From positions 1,753 through 65,752 of the forward strand of contig CAZDEB010000011.1 in assembly GCA_964504305.1 (NCBI GenBank): a stretch of DNA of 64,000 bases, written 5' to 3'. The notes beneath the pieces were generated by a model. That model was not told where the DNA came from. It saw only the letters and a program-made list of their open reading frames with translations, and did not search any database. How positions within the stretch are numbered: the stretch's first letter is position 1; each line of letters opens with the position of its first letter. Below are positions 9,249 through 17,926 of the stretch, piece by piece. Source of the stretch: an uncultured Candidatus Nemicrothrix sp. (GTDB lineage: Bacteria; Actinomycetota; Acidimicrobiia; Acidimicrobiales; Aldehydirespiratoraceae). The position numbers were made by a program, and so were the translations under genes.

Positions 9249-10489
9249 GCCGGGGGATGGATGAGTATGCGGCGGCTTCGTCGTTCGGCTGGCTTGATTT
9301 CGATTCTGCGGCGTCGGAGCGGGTCAGCACGCTGCTGAGAGCGCTCGAACAACCGGGAACGCTCGACCCGCTCGGCTTCTCGGTGATTAGGGATCCCATC
9401 TCGGGGATGCTCGCCCCTGGTACTTCCACCATCCAGACACGGCTGCGCTATTTCATGTTTCTGCCATGGATCTTCCAGGGGATCGACCGCGACAGGGTCG
9501 CGCCGTCTCGGTTCGCCCGCCGGCTACGTGACGACGAGGCGAAGCTCATCGAGTGTCTCCGTCACCTTGGCCCCAGCCATGGCGTGCAGGGCTACTCGGC
9601 GGGTCGGAATCTCCAGCGGATGCCCAGCGAGGCCTATTGGAGCGGGCTTCTCTCATGGGGGATCCGACGAGTTGACGTTTCTATAGCGGACTACGGCCGT
9701 CGGCTCGGAGCGATGGGCCGACTGTCCACCCAGCGAGATGACGACGGCAACCCAACCGAGCGTGCCGTGCAAACCTGGGCGTCGATCCCCGACCCGCCGG
9801 ATCGTTTCCTCTCGGAGGAGATTGCGTTCGATCTGACACAGGCTGAGGCGACTCTGATCATTGATCAGATCCGACGACATCACCCATCATCGTTACTTGC
9901 CTCAGGGTGTAGAAATCCGGCCGCGACCGCGCAGGCACGGATGCCATGGGACATCGACCGGTCTTTGTTGAGCGGCGAGCTGCAATCTGTCATCCGTCAC
10001 GCGCGGGCGGCATCGGAGCTCACGATTGGGCCTCAACTTCTCTACAACCTCCTCCTCGCTGAACGGGCAAGGGCTGAACTCGGATGGGACACATCAGAGC
10101 TCCGCGACGACGTGCATGCTCAGCTCGACGACTGGGCGGTGCTTGTCGAAAACCGCCACATCGGCCTTCAGTCCTGGGCGTCAGACATCGGGGAGTTCTG
10201 GGCGATCCTCGACGCTCGGGCGCCGGTCAATAAGTGGAGTCGTGACTTCATCACTGAGATCATTGTGCGGGCGGCGCAAGACCCGCGCGGGTTCGTTCGC
10301 GACAAAGTCGTGCATCAGCTCATCCGAGATCGCGAGATTCGCCTGAAATCGAATCGGGCCCGGCTTGGGCCTCTGAGCGCGTTGGAGAACTGGAATCAGC
10401 AGCCCTTCGGCGGTCAACTGGTCTACCGCTGGCCGATCTGTCGGACCTACCTGGAGGACCTGGCCGTAGCGCTCGGGTCGGCGGGTTGA
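9245..10489 (+). CDS. conserved hypothetical protein, DUF6361-like (family assignment from memory)
   Basis: 414 aa from the ATG at 9245 (ATGA overlap with the upstream stop). The N-terminal block SSFGWLDFDSAASERV...PGTSTIQTRLRYFMFLPWIF resembles the family usually annotated DUF6361. No catalytic motif recognised. Confidence 0.55.
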   Translation: MSRGMDEYAAASSFGWLDFDSAASERVSTLLRALEQPGTLDPLGFSVIRDPISGMLAPGTSTIQTRLRYFMFLPWIFQGIDRDRVAPSRFARRLRDDEAKLIECLRHLGPSHGVQGYSAGRNLQRMPSEAYWSGLLSWGIRRVDVSIADYGRRLGAMGRLSTQRDDDGNPTERAVQTWASIPDPPDRFLSEEIAFDLTQAEATLIIDQIRRHHPSSLLASGCRNPAATAQARMPWDIDRSLLSGELQSVIRHARAASELTIGPQLLYNLLLAERARAELGWDTSELRDDVHAQLDDWAVLVENRHIGLQSWASDIGEFWAILDARAPVNKWSRDFITEIIVRAAQDPRGFVRDKVVHQLIRDREIRLKSNRARLGPLSALENWNQQPFGGQLVYRWPICRTYLEDLAVALGSAG

Positions 10490-12291
10490 TGCTCCAGCCA
10501 TCCAACCGCCTCACTCTCATAGACGCCATGCGCCCACCGCCCGGCTACGGCTTCGGCGAGGCAATGGCGGTGACATTCACGCTCGACCTGCGGGCCTTGC
10601 TCGCAGCGCCCGCTGCATTTGTGTTCGGTCAGGCCGGCGCCGACGTCCAATCTGATGACCAAACAGCGGAACCGATCGAGCTGCTTCATGCGATCCGATC
10701 CCACTCTGATCACATCACGGTGTTCTGCCAAGCCGGCGAGATCGGGCTACCACCATCGAAACGAGTCTTCGCCTTCCTCGAGCAGTCGGTCGTGCCCGTC
10801 ACCGCACCCCGCGGCGGAGTCGTCCATCCGAAGATCTGGGTGCTGCGCTACGAGTCCATCAGCGACCCGGGGGTTTCGACGCTCCGGGTTCTGTGCTCCA
10901 GCCGCAATCTCACCTTCGACGCAAGCTGGGACACTTTGCTGCGGCTCGATCAAACAGACTCACCGTCGGGGTGTGATCTGACACCGTTGGTCGCGTTGTT
11001 CGACGGTCTCACCGAGCGCGCAACATCGCCGATCAGCGAGGCCCACGCCGCACGGGTAAACCGCTTGGGCATGATGCTCCAGGCGGCCAAGTTCGCCCGG
11101 CCACCCGGCACGGATGACCTGCGTTTCCATGTGATGGGGTTCGACGATCCAGAACCTCTGTTGCCCTCTGGCGCCGACCGGTCGCTGATCATTTCGCCTT
11201 TCGTGAGCAACGGCTTCTTCACCCGGATACACAGCGGCGGTGTCAGTGAGCTGGTGAGCCGTCCTGAGAGTCTCGATCAGCTCGAGCCTGCGGTGCGTGA
11301 AGCGATCGGCTCCATTTACGCGTTCGATGATGGCAGCAACCCCGACTTGACCGATGGGGAGGATTCTCTTTCGTTTGGTGACCCCGGCCGTCCACTGAGA
11401 GGGCTCCACGCCAAGGTCTTCGCATTCGAGACCGGCAACCGCGCGGCTGTGTTCGTTGGTTCGGCGAATGCAACCGGGGCGGCGTTTCGGAACAACGTCG
11501 AGGTGCTCGTGGAGATGACCGGCCCCAAGACCACCCTCGGGATCGATCGACTGTGCGGCGGAACCGACGACGAGGTCGGTCTACGGGCACTGTTCCAGAC
11601 ATACATGGGCGGATCAGTCGCGGTCGATCCGGACGACTCGACGCTCGACGGGGCGAGACGCCGGCTGGCACAGCTGGTGCTCGACGGTTTCGTGGCCGAG
11701 ACGACCAGTGGTTGGGAGGTCACCTACAAGTCGGACTCGCTCGTCGAACTACCAGACGGCATCACGGCGACCTGCTGGCCGCTGTCCAACGCCGGGAACC
11801 TCCAGCCAGTGGATTCCGGCAAGTCCCTATGTGTCACATTCCAGACCACGCTCGAATCGATGAGTGGTTTCCTGGCGATGAAACTGACCCGTGACGAAAC
11901 GGAGGCCACAACCGGGTTTGTGCTGCCGGTGACGTTGCACGGGGTTCCTGCTGATCGCGACCGCATGCTTCTCAAGGCGCTTGTCGGCAACGCCGAGCGG
12001 TTCTTCCGCTACCTCCTGTCGCTTCTCGACGAAAACCCCGCCGGCATGGAATTGGTCGACGCGATCGATCAGATGACGAGCGACACCGGCCACTCCGATC
12101 GACAAAGCGGCTTTTACCTTCCGGTGTTGGAGAATCTTCTGCGGAGCCTGCGCCGCGACCCGGCGAAGCTCATCTCCGTGCATCCGTTGGTGATGGACCT
12201 CCACGGCGACGACGCTCTGCCCGAGGGTTTTATGGAACTCTGGGCTCCAATCCATCAGATTGCCGTCGAAGCGATGAGGGCCGAGACGTGA
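10489..12291 (+). CDS. phospholipase D (HKD) superfamily protein with two HKD-like motifs, putative nuclease
   Basis: First motif is VVHPKIWVLRY...LCSSRNLT. Second motif is GLHAKVFAFETGNRAAVFVGSANATGAAF. The ATG at 10489 shares one nt with the upstream TGA (10487-10489); a TTG at 10486 is also possible. Confidence 0.75.
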   Translation: MLQPSNRLTLIDAMRPPPGYGFGEAMAVTFTLDLRALLAAPAAFVFGQAGADVQSDDQTAEPIELLHAIRSHSDHITVFCQAGEIGLPPSKRVFAFLEQSVVPVTAPRGGVVHPKIWVLRYESISDPGVSTLRVLCSSRNLTFDASWDTLLRLDQTDSPSGCDLTPLVALFDGLTERATSPISEAHAARVNRLGMMLQAAKFARPPGTDDLRFHVMGFDDPEPLLPSGADRSLIISPFVSNGFFTRIHSGGVSELVSRPESLDQLEPAVREAIGSIYAFDDGSNPDLTDGEDSLSFGDPGRPLRGLHAKVFAFETGNRAAVFVGSANATGAAFRNNVEVLVEMTGPKTTLGIDRLCGGTDDEVGLRALFQTYMGGSVAVDPDDSTLDGARRRLAQLVLDGFVAETTSGWEVTYKSDSLVELPDGITATCWPLSNAGNLQPVDSGKSLCVTFQTTLESMSGFLAMKLTRDETEATTGFVLPVTLHGVPADRDRMLLKALVGNAERFFRYLLSLLDENPAGMELVDAIDQMTSDTGHSDRQSGFYLPVLENLLRSLRRDPAKLISVHPLVMDLHGDDALPEGFMELWAPIHQIAVEAMRAET

Positions 12292-15200
12292 ACCCGCCAA
12301 TCGACATGGAGGAGGTTCTGTCGGGCCTGAAGGACTTCCAACGATGCAGTGCGGAGTGGGTGTTCGAAAGAATGTTCGATCAACAAGACGCCGCGGTGCG
12401 TTTCCTGGTCGCCGACGAAGTCGGGCTGGGAAAAACCCACGTTGCCAAAGGTGTGATTGCCCGGGTCATCGATTATCTCGAGCGCACCGGCGACGAGCGT
12501 CACGACATCGTCTACGTCTGCTCCAACGGTGCCATCGCCCGTCAGAACCTGAGGAAGCTCGCACCCAACGGTGTTCAGCCGATCGACAGCGTCGAACGTC
12601 TAACGATGCTTCCCCTCGCGCAACTCAATGAAGGGGGCTCTGGCACTCACGGCATGAACCTGTTGGCTATCACCCCGGGCACATCGCTTGCCTTCGGGAG
12701 GAGCACCGGCCGGTTCGAGGAGCGAGTGCTCGCCTACACGTTCTTACGGGAGGTCTGGGGCCCCGAAGCGTTCCCCGAACGCGCCCGCTGGATCTTTTGG
12801 GAAGGGGTCAACAAAGAAAAAGGGGATCGGAGGCTACGAGATCACTCCAGACGACAGAGGGACAAGATCCAAGCCCATGTTGCCGCCTTTCGCCGGACGC
12901 TGAAGGAGATCGATCGGCAGCGTCGAGAACTCGGCGAACCAACTAGTCGAATCATGTTCAACCGTCTCGTCAAGGGACTGAAATGGCAGCGGAACTTTCC
13001 CAAAGAACTGGGCGCTTCTAGAAGAGAGTTCATCGGCGAGATTCGCCGGGTGATGGCGATGGTCGGAATCGCCATGCTCGAACCCGACCTTGTGATACTC
13101 GACGAGTTTCAACGGTTCAAGAACCTGCTCGATCCCGACGCCGAAGACTGGTCCGCCGATCTCGCCCGCAGGCTCTTCACCCACCTTGATAGCGAAACTG
13201 GCCGGCCCACCCGAACGCTGTTGTTGTCGGCGACGCCGTATCGCATGTTCACGACCTCCGATGAGACCGACGGCGACCACTACGCCGACTTCGTCGACAC
13301 CTGTTCGTTCCTCTTCGACGACAAAGCGAAGGTAGTCAAACTCGAGAACCAGTTTCGTCTGCTTCGGTTGGCGCTCACCGACGGCACCGGCGATTCGGCA
13401 GCCGAGACAGTCTGTAAGAGCATCGAGTCGCTGCTGCGTACCGTGATGGTTCGAACCGAACGCCTTGCAGCCACGCCAGATCGAGACGGCATGTTGAGCG
13501 AGACCGACACCACAGTGCCGGTCAAAGAAATCGATCTGCGTTCCTACATGCGGCTCAGCGACCTCGCCGAATCGATCGGCCAGCACCAACCAACCGAGTT
13601 CTGGAAATCAAGCCCGTTCCTGTTCAACTTCATGGAGAAGTACCAACTCAAGGAAGCCCTCGAACAAGCCATCATCGGCGGCGATCTCCATGATTCCGAA
13701 GCGCTCGAACCCGGGCCTGGATTGCTCAAATGGGATGAGATCGAACGGTACGAACACCTCGACCCCCAGAACGGCAGGCTGCGCTGGCTCATCGATGATC
13801 TCGAACAGCATCACGCGTTCGATCTGCTTTGGATGCCTCCTTCGCTGCCCTACTACCGCGCCGACACTGTGTACGAGCAAGAGAGCTCGATGAAGTTCAC
13901 CAAGCGTCTGCTCTTCTCGGGGTGGGCGGTCGTGCCCAAAGTTGTGTCGACCGTCGTCAGCTACGAAGCCGAACGTCACGCCTTCGCTCTGGGACGCCGT
14001 CACCAGTACTCCGACGACTACAGCAAACGCGGGGGACGAAGACTCGACTTCCGGCTCGAAAATCGGCGACCCGCCGCAATGACGGCTTTCCTGTTCATCT
14101 GGCCCAGCCCTACGCTCGCGGCACTCGGAGACCCGAGGCCGTCACCAAGTGAAACAGCAACAGCGGAGTCGGTGCTGACACGAGCACGTGACCGTCTCAG
14201 GGAACCTCTTCGCGAGATCACTTCTGGAGCGCCGACAGATGGACCCGTCGATCAACGCTGGTATTGGGCCGCGCCCCTCTTGCTCGACCGCATCCATCAT
14301 CCCAGAGTGATCAACGACTGGTTCGTCACGAGCGGCTCGGAGTTGACCTGGGGCGAAGACCTGGACGGCTCAGGATTCGAGCGGCATGCACGTGAGGCAC
14401 GGGATCTCCTCCGAGACAAGGTGGAGGCGCTTGGCCGGTGCCCTGAAGATCTGTTGGAGGTTCTCGCCGAGGCGGCGGTGGGAGGGCCCGCTCAATGTGC
14501 ATTGAGGGCGCTGTCAACGGTGACCGGCGTCGAACTCGGTGATCCCGAATTGCAACCGGGGGCAGCGAGGGTGTCGTGGGGTTTTCGTAGTTTCTTCAAC
14601 GCCCCCGACGTCACGGCGATAGTCGTCGGCCAATCCAGTGTTGATGATGGGAGCACCGGCAGCCGGACCCCATTCTGGCGAGAAGCGATACGGCACAGCA
14701 TCGGCGGCAACCTGCAATCGGTTCTCGACGAACACGTTCACATCCTTCGAGACTGGCTCGGGTTCATCGACATTGAACATTCCGGTCGCCGTACCGAGGC
14801 AGCTCAGGCCATCGCCAACCGGTTGACCGGCTCGTTGCAGGTACGCACATCTACGTTTCGTGTCGACCTGCCAAGCGGAAGCTCGAACCACTACAAACTC
14901 GACTATCGACGGATGCGCAGCAGATTCGCGGTGGCGTTCGGCAACCAAAAACTGGAGACAGGTGGCCAAGCGCGGGTGGAGTCGGTTTCTGCAGCATTCA
15001 ACTCGCCGTTCTGGCCGTTCGTTCTCACGACGACATCGATCGGTCAAGAAGGCCTCGACTTCCACCTCTGGTGCCACGCAGTAGTCCACTGGAACCTGCC
15101 GAGCAATCCGGTGGATCTCGAGCAGCGCGAAGGCCGAGTTCACAGGTTCAAGGGCCACGCTGTCCGAAAAAACATCGCCGCGACAATCGGACCCGACGCA

Positions 15201-15539
15201 AGCTCATCTGACTCAGCGGACATTTGGGAGCAGATGTTCAACACGGCTGCCGACGGCCGAAGTCCCTCAGAGTCAGAGATGATGCCCTACTGGGTCTTCA
15301 ACAAGGGGCCGGCCAAGATAGAGCGTCACGTGCCGGTGCTCCCCTTCAGCCGAGACTCTGCCGTGCTGCCGCGCCTACGGAAATCGCTGGCCACCTATCG
15401 CCTTGCATTCGGGCAACCACGACAAGAAGAGCTGTTGGAGTTCCTCGGTGAGCACCACGGTCCCGACGAGCTGCAAGCCCTGAGCGCCAAACTTCGTATC
15501 GACCTGTCGCCCCCCGACGGGTTCCGTTCCTCCGTGTGA
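12288..15539 (+). CDS. SNF2-like superfamily-2 helicase-related protein (1083 aa)
   Basis: FLVADEVGLGKTHVAKG (motif I), LVILDEFQRFKNLL (motif II, SNF2-like DExx..KN), LLLSATPYR (III), TTSIGQEGLDFH (V) and LEQREGRVHRFKGH (VI). A long insertion lies between the two RecA lobes. The GTG start overlaps the PLD stop (GTGA). Confidence 0.8.
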   Translation: MNPPIDMEEVLSGLKDFQRCSAEWVFERMFDQQDAAVRFLVADEVGLGKTHVAKGVIARVIDYLERTGDERHDIVYVCSNGAIARQNLRKLAPNGVQPIDSVERLTMLPLAQLNEGGSGTHGMNLLAITPGTSLAFGRSTGRFEERVLAYTFLREVWGPEAFPERARWIFWEGVNKEKGDRRLRDHSRRQRDKIQAHVAAFRRTLKEIDRQRRELGEPTSRIMFNRLVKGLKWQRNFPKELGASRREFIGEIRRVMAMVGIAMLEPDLVILDEFQRFKNLLDPDAEDWSADLARRLFTHLDSETGRPTRTLLLSATPYRMFTTSDETDGDHYADFVDTCSFLFDDKAKVVKLENQFRLLRLALTDGTGDSAAETVCKSIESLLRTVMVRTERLAATPDRDGMLSETDTTVPVKEIDLRSYMRLSDLAESIGQHQPTEFWKSSPFLFNFMEKYQLKEALEQAIIGGDLHDSEALEPGPGLLKWDEIERYEHLDPQNGRLRWLIDDLEQHHAFDLLWMPPSLPYYRADTVYEQESSMKFTKRLLFSGWAVVPKVVSTVVSYEAERHAFALGRRHQYSDDYSKRGGRRLDFRLENRRPAAMTAFLFIWPSPTLAALGDPRPSPSETATAESVLTRARDRLREPLREITSGAPTDGPVDQRWYWAAPLLLDRIHHPRVINDWFVTSGSELTWGEDLDGSGFERHAREARDLLRDKVEALGRCPEDLLEVLAEAAVGGPAQCALRALSTVTGVELGDPELQPGAARVSWGFRSFFNAPDVTAIVVGQSSVDDGSTGSRTPFWREAIRHSIGGNLQSVLDEHVHILRDWLGFIDIEHSGRRTEAAQAIANRLTGSLQVRTSTFRVDLPSGSSNHYKLDYRRMRSRFAVAFGNQKLETGGQARVESVSAAFNSPFWPFVLTTTSIGQEGLDFHLWCHAVVHWNLPSNPVDLEQREGRVHRFKGHAVRKNIAATIGPDASSSDSADIWEQMFNTAADGRSPSESEMMPYWVFNKGPAKIERHVPVLPFSRDSAVLPRLRKSLATYRLAFGQPRQEELLEFLGEHHGPDELQALSAKLRIDLSPPDGFRSSV

Positions 15540-15566
15540 ACCCCGGCCAGGAACTACGGTCGGGGG

Positions 15567-16793
15567 ATGGCGTTTCGCAGGCGTAACCGAGATCAGAAAT
15601 CGGACAACGTTGAGATCGTGGCTAACGGGCAGGGGCTCATGGTTCACGGTTCGTCTGGAGCTGTTTCCACTTTTGCGGCCGGGTTGGCCAACGCGGTGGG
15701 CGAGTCGTCGGGGCAGGCCCGTCGAATGGCAGCTGACGGGCTGGCGGTGGCTGGTGGTCTGGGTGCCCAGATAAAGACCCACCGCGAATACTTCGAGTTC
15801 TCGCCGCGCACGGCCGAGCTGCTGCGCAAGCACGGAGCCATACCGACAGGAGACGGCCATTTCCACACGTTCGTGCGGTCGCCGGACGGGCGCATCGCCG
15901 GCAATCTCGAATGGAATAACGTTGACCTCAACCCGGAGCAGGCGCTCGCCTTCCAGACCGCAACCGCGCAGCTCGCTCTGCGTGCCGCCACCAAGGATCT
16001 GGCTGCCGCCATCGAACGGGTCGAGGGCAAGGTCGACAAGCTCATATTGCTCACTCGTGCCGAACGGCTCGGCGCGGCGTTGGGTGACCGTGTCACCCTG
16101 CAGGCTCTCGCCGAGCACTCACGAGAACGCGGCACCATGTCCATGACCGATTGGTCGACCGTCGACAGTCTTGGGGCGCTGATCCCGCGTGATATCGCGG
16201 CTCTGTGTGCTTATGTCCAGCAAGAGATCAACGAGCTCGATAGCAAAGCGTTCGTGCGAACCAGGTCCTCTGAGCTCAAGAAGCTGACGGATGATCTTCT
16301 GAGCGAGTCACTCGAATTGCTGCTGGTGGTCGAGCAGAACTACATGCTGTGGCAGGAGATTCGGATAGCGCAGGTCGCCACCAACGAGCCCGCGGCACTC
16401 GCGGCGACCGTCGCGGATGCGCGGGCCCAACTCGACGCGGTCGCCATGGAAGACCAGTGGCTCATCGATTCGATTCAAACCGCAGCGGCAGAGCTGTTGG
16501 AACCGACCGGGATGGAGGGATTCTTGCCGCTGGAACGGCGGCGGCTTCGTCAGCGTGGCGAGGAGCTCAATGAGTTAATCGGGTGGTTCGCCGGGCAACG
16601 CCAGCTCGATGCCGACGAACTCGTAGCCAGATATCCGACGCTGACGGAGTCCCTCTCCAAGGTCGGCGATGTCGCTGCCGAGCGCGCTAAGGATGTGGGC
16701 GGCGCCATCCAGTCCGTCGTTAGACGCAACCAGGGGCACAGGGAATCTTCACCGGGGTCCGATGAGCCCGATGACGACCGCGATGATTCCTGA
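15567..16793 (+). CDS. hypothetical protein (408 aa, helical/coiled-coil-looking, acidic C-terminal tail)
   Basis: Long ORF on the operon strand, 27 nt after the helicase stop, preceded by a gggg purine run. No motif recognised. Ends ...SPGSDEPDDDRDDS. Confidence 0.55.
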   Translation: MAFRRRNRDQKSDNVEIVANGQGLMVHGSSGAVSTFAAGLANAVGESSGQARRMAADGLAVAGGLGAQIKTHREYFEFSPRTAELLRKHGAIPTGDGHFHTFVRSPDGRIAGNLEWNNVDLNPEQALAFQTATAQLALRAATKDLAAAIERVEGKVDKLILLTRAERLGAALGDRVTLQALAEHSRERGTMSMTDWSTVDSLGALIPRDIAALCAYVQQEINELDSKAFVRTRSSELKKLTDDLLSESLELLLVVEQNYMLWQEIRIAQVATNEPAALAATVADARAQLDAVAMEDQWLIDSIQTAAAELLEPTGMEGFLPLERRRLRQRGEELNELIGWFAGQRQLDADELVARYPTLTESLSKVGDVAAERAKDVGGAIQSVVRRNQGHRESSPGSDEPDDDRDDS

Positions 16794-17107
16794 ACTCGAC
16801 GTGGCCCGAGTCCGCCGATGGGCGGACGGTCGCACGCCAGCTGAGTACCTCCCCGAGATGCGCCTAGAGGTTGATGAGACACCCCGCAGCCTCACAGTGT
16901 CTCGATTGTCGGCCCCCGTGGAGCGACTCGATCGGCCCGGAGTGGATCCGAACGCCGGTCGCACGCCTGCGGTATGTGATGAAACGCCGCGAGTGGACGC
17001 TCTACCGGCCCGACCGCAACAGCAGGTTCCACGTCTACGAGCGGACCAAACGCCGAAGTGCGGCCACGCCCACCACATCCAACACCACCGCCACGGCGGA
17101 CCCATAG
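16783..17107 (+). pseudogene. DUF3024-family gene disrupted by a 1-nt frameshift near 16893-16897
   Basis: Frame A reads MIPELDVARVRRWADGRTPAEYLPEMRLEVDETPRSLTV. Frame B continues LDCRPPWSDSIGPEWIRTPVARLRYVMKRREWTLYRPDRNSRFHVYE. Joined, they match the usual DUF3024 layout (recalled from memory). Removing one nt in ctcacagtg-t-ctcgattgt restores a single frame. Confidence 0.65.
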
Positions 17108-17163
17108 ACCCCACGCCGCCCAGGGCGTCCGAAGAGAACCACGGTGCCGCTGTTTGCGAAAAG

Positions 17164-17247
17164 TGCGGACGGGGGGACTTGAACCCCCACACCCTTCCGG
17201 GCACCAGGACCTAAACCTGGCGTGTCTGCCAATTCCACCACGTCCGC
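17164..17247 (-). tRNA. tRNA-Leu (anticodon UAG), class II with long variable arm
   Basis: Folded by hand. Acceptor GCGGACG/CGTCCGC plus discriminator A, 3-bp D stem GTG/CAC, anticodon stem CCAGG/CCTGG with loop TTTAGGT, variable arm GCCC-GGAA-GGGT, and T arm GGGGG-TTCAAGT-CCCCC. CCA is not encoded. Confidence 0.9.
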
Positions 17248-17293
17248 TTAACTTGCCGCAAGGGTAGCGACCGTGGACGATATCCTCGCAACT

Positions 17294-17917
17294 ATGACTT
17301 CGACTCCGAATCACCTGCCTTCGCAGAATGTTTCCCCCCGGCTCAATTCATCAACGATGGCGGGCAATCCCCAGACCGACATTTTCCATCGGCTTCTTCA
17401 GGACCGGATCGTGGTGCTCGGCACCGACGTCAACGACGACATCGCCAACTACATCACCGCGCAGTTGCTGTACCTCGAAGGCCAAGATAGCGAAAAGCCA
17501 ATTTGGCTCTACATCAACAGCCCTGGTGGTTCGGTAACCGCCGGCATGGCCATCTACGACACGATGCAGTTCGTGGAGCCCGAAGTCGGAACTATCTGCA
17601 TGGGCCTTGGCGCCTCGATGGGCCAGTTCTTGTTGTGCGCGGGCGCCCCCGGTAAGCGTTATGCGCTACCCCACGCTCGCATCATGATGCACCAGCCGTT
17701 GGGCGGAGTGCAGGGGCAAGCAACCGATATTGCCATCCAAGCCGAACAAATGGCCTACACCAAGCGACTGCTCCAAGAACGAATCGCTCAACACACCGGC
17801 CAGACCTACGAACAGATCGAAGCCGACTCCGACCGCGATCGCTGGTTCACCGCCGAAGAAGCGAAAGATTACGGCATCATCGACCACGTCATTGTTCGAC
17901 GTGGCGAAATGATCTGA
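17294..17917 (+). CDS. clpP: ATP-dependent Clp protease proteolytic subunit
   Basis: [13 protein letters not shown]..., [18 protein letters not shown] (catalytic Ser), MMHQPLGG (His), and [18 protein letters not shown]. Start uncertain (GTG 17273, ATG 17294, or a later Met). Confidence 0.9.
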   Translation: MTSTPNHLPSQNVSPRLNSSTMAGNPQTDIFHRLLQDRIVVLGTDVNDDIANYITAQLLYLEGQDSEKPIWLYINSPGGSVTAGMAIYDTMQFVEPEVGTICMGLGASMGQFLLCAGAPGKRYALPHARIMMHQPLGGVQGQATDIAIQAEQMAYTKRLLQERIAQHTGQTYEQIEADSDRDRWFTAEEAKDYGIIDHVIVRRGEMI

Positions 17918-17926
17918 CCCAGCGCC

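Larger units (their letters stand above)
43..17247. mobile_element. putative integrative genomic (defence) island bounded by a tyrosine integrase and tRNA-Leu(UAG); boundaries not proven
   Basis: Integrase at the left end. The 3' end of the tRNA-Leu points into the region at the right end. The content is dominated by R-M, nuclease and helicase genes plus two disrupted genes. No direct att repeat of the tRNA 3' end could be found by eye inside the window. Confidence 0.45.

Noticed and set aside
16669-17214. 181-aa ORF running from the end of the 408-aa gene through into the tRNA-Leu gene.
   Set aside because: Only its first part (from about 16783) matches DUF3024. After about 16895 the conserved sequence continues in another frame, and the remainder of this ORF is read-through that overlaps the tRNA.
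17273-17917. clpP next to the island as possible island cargo or a phage-type protease.
   Set aside because: The sequence is a canonical cellular ClpP with Ser/His/Asp regions. It lies outside the tRNA boundary and is followed by housekeeping genes.
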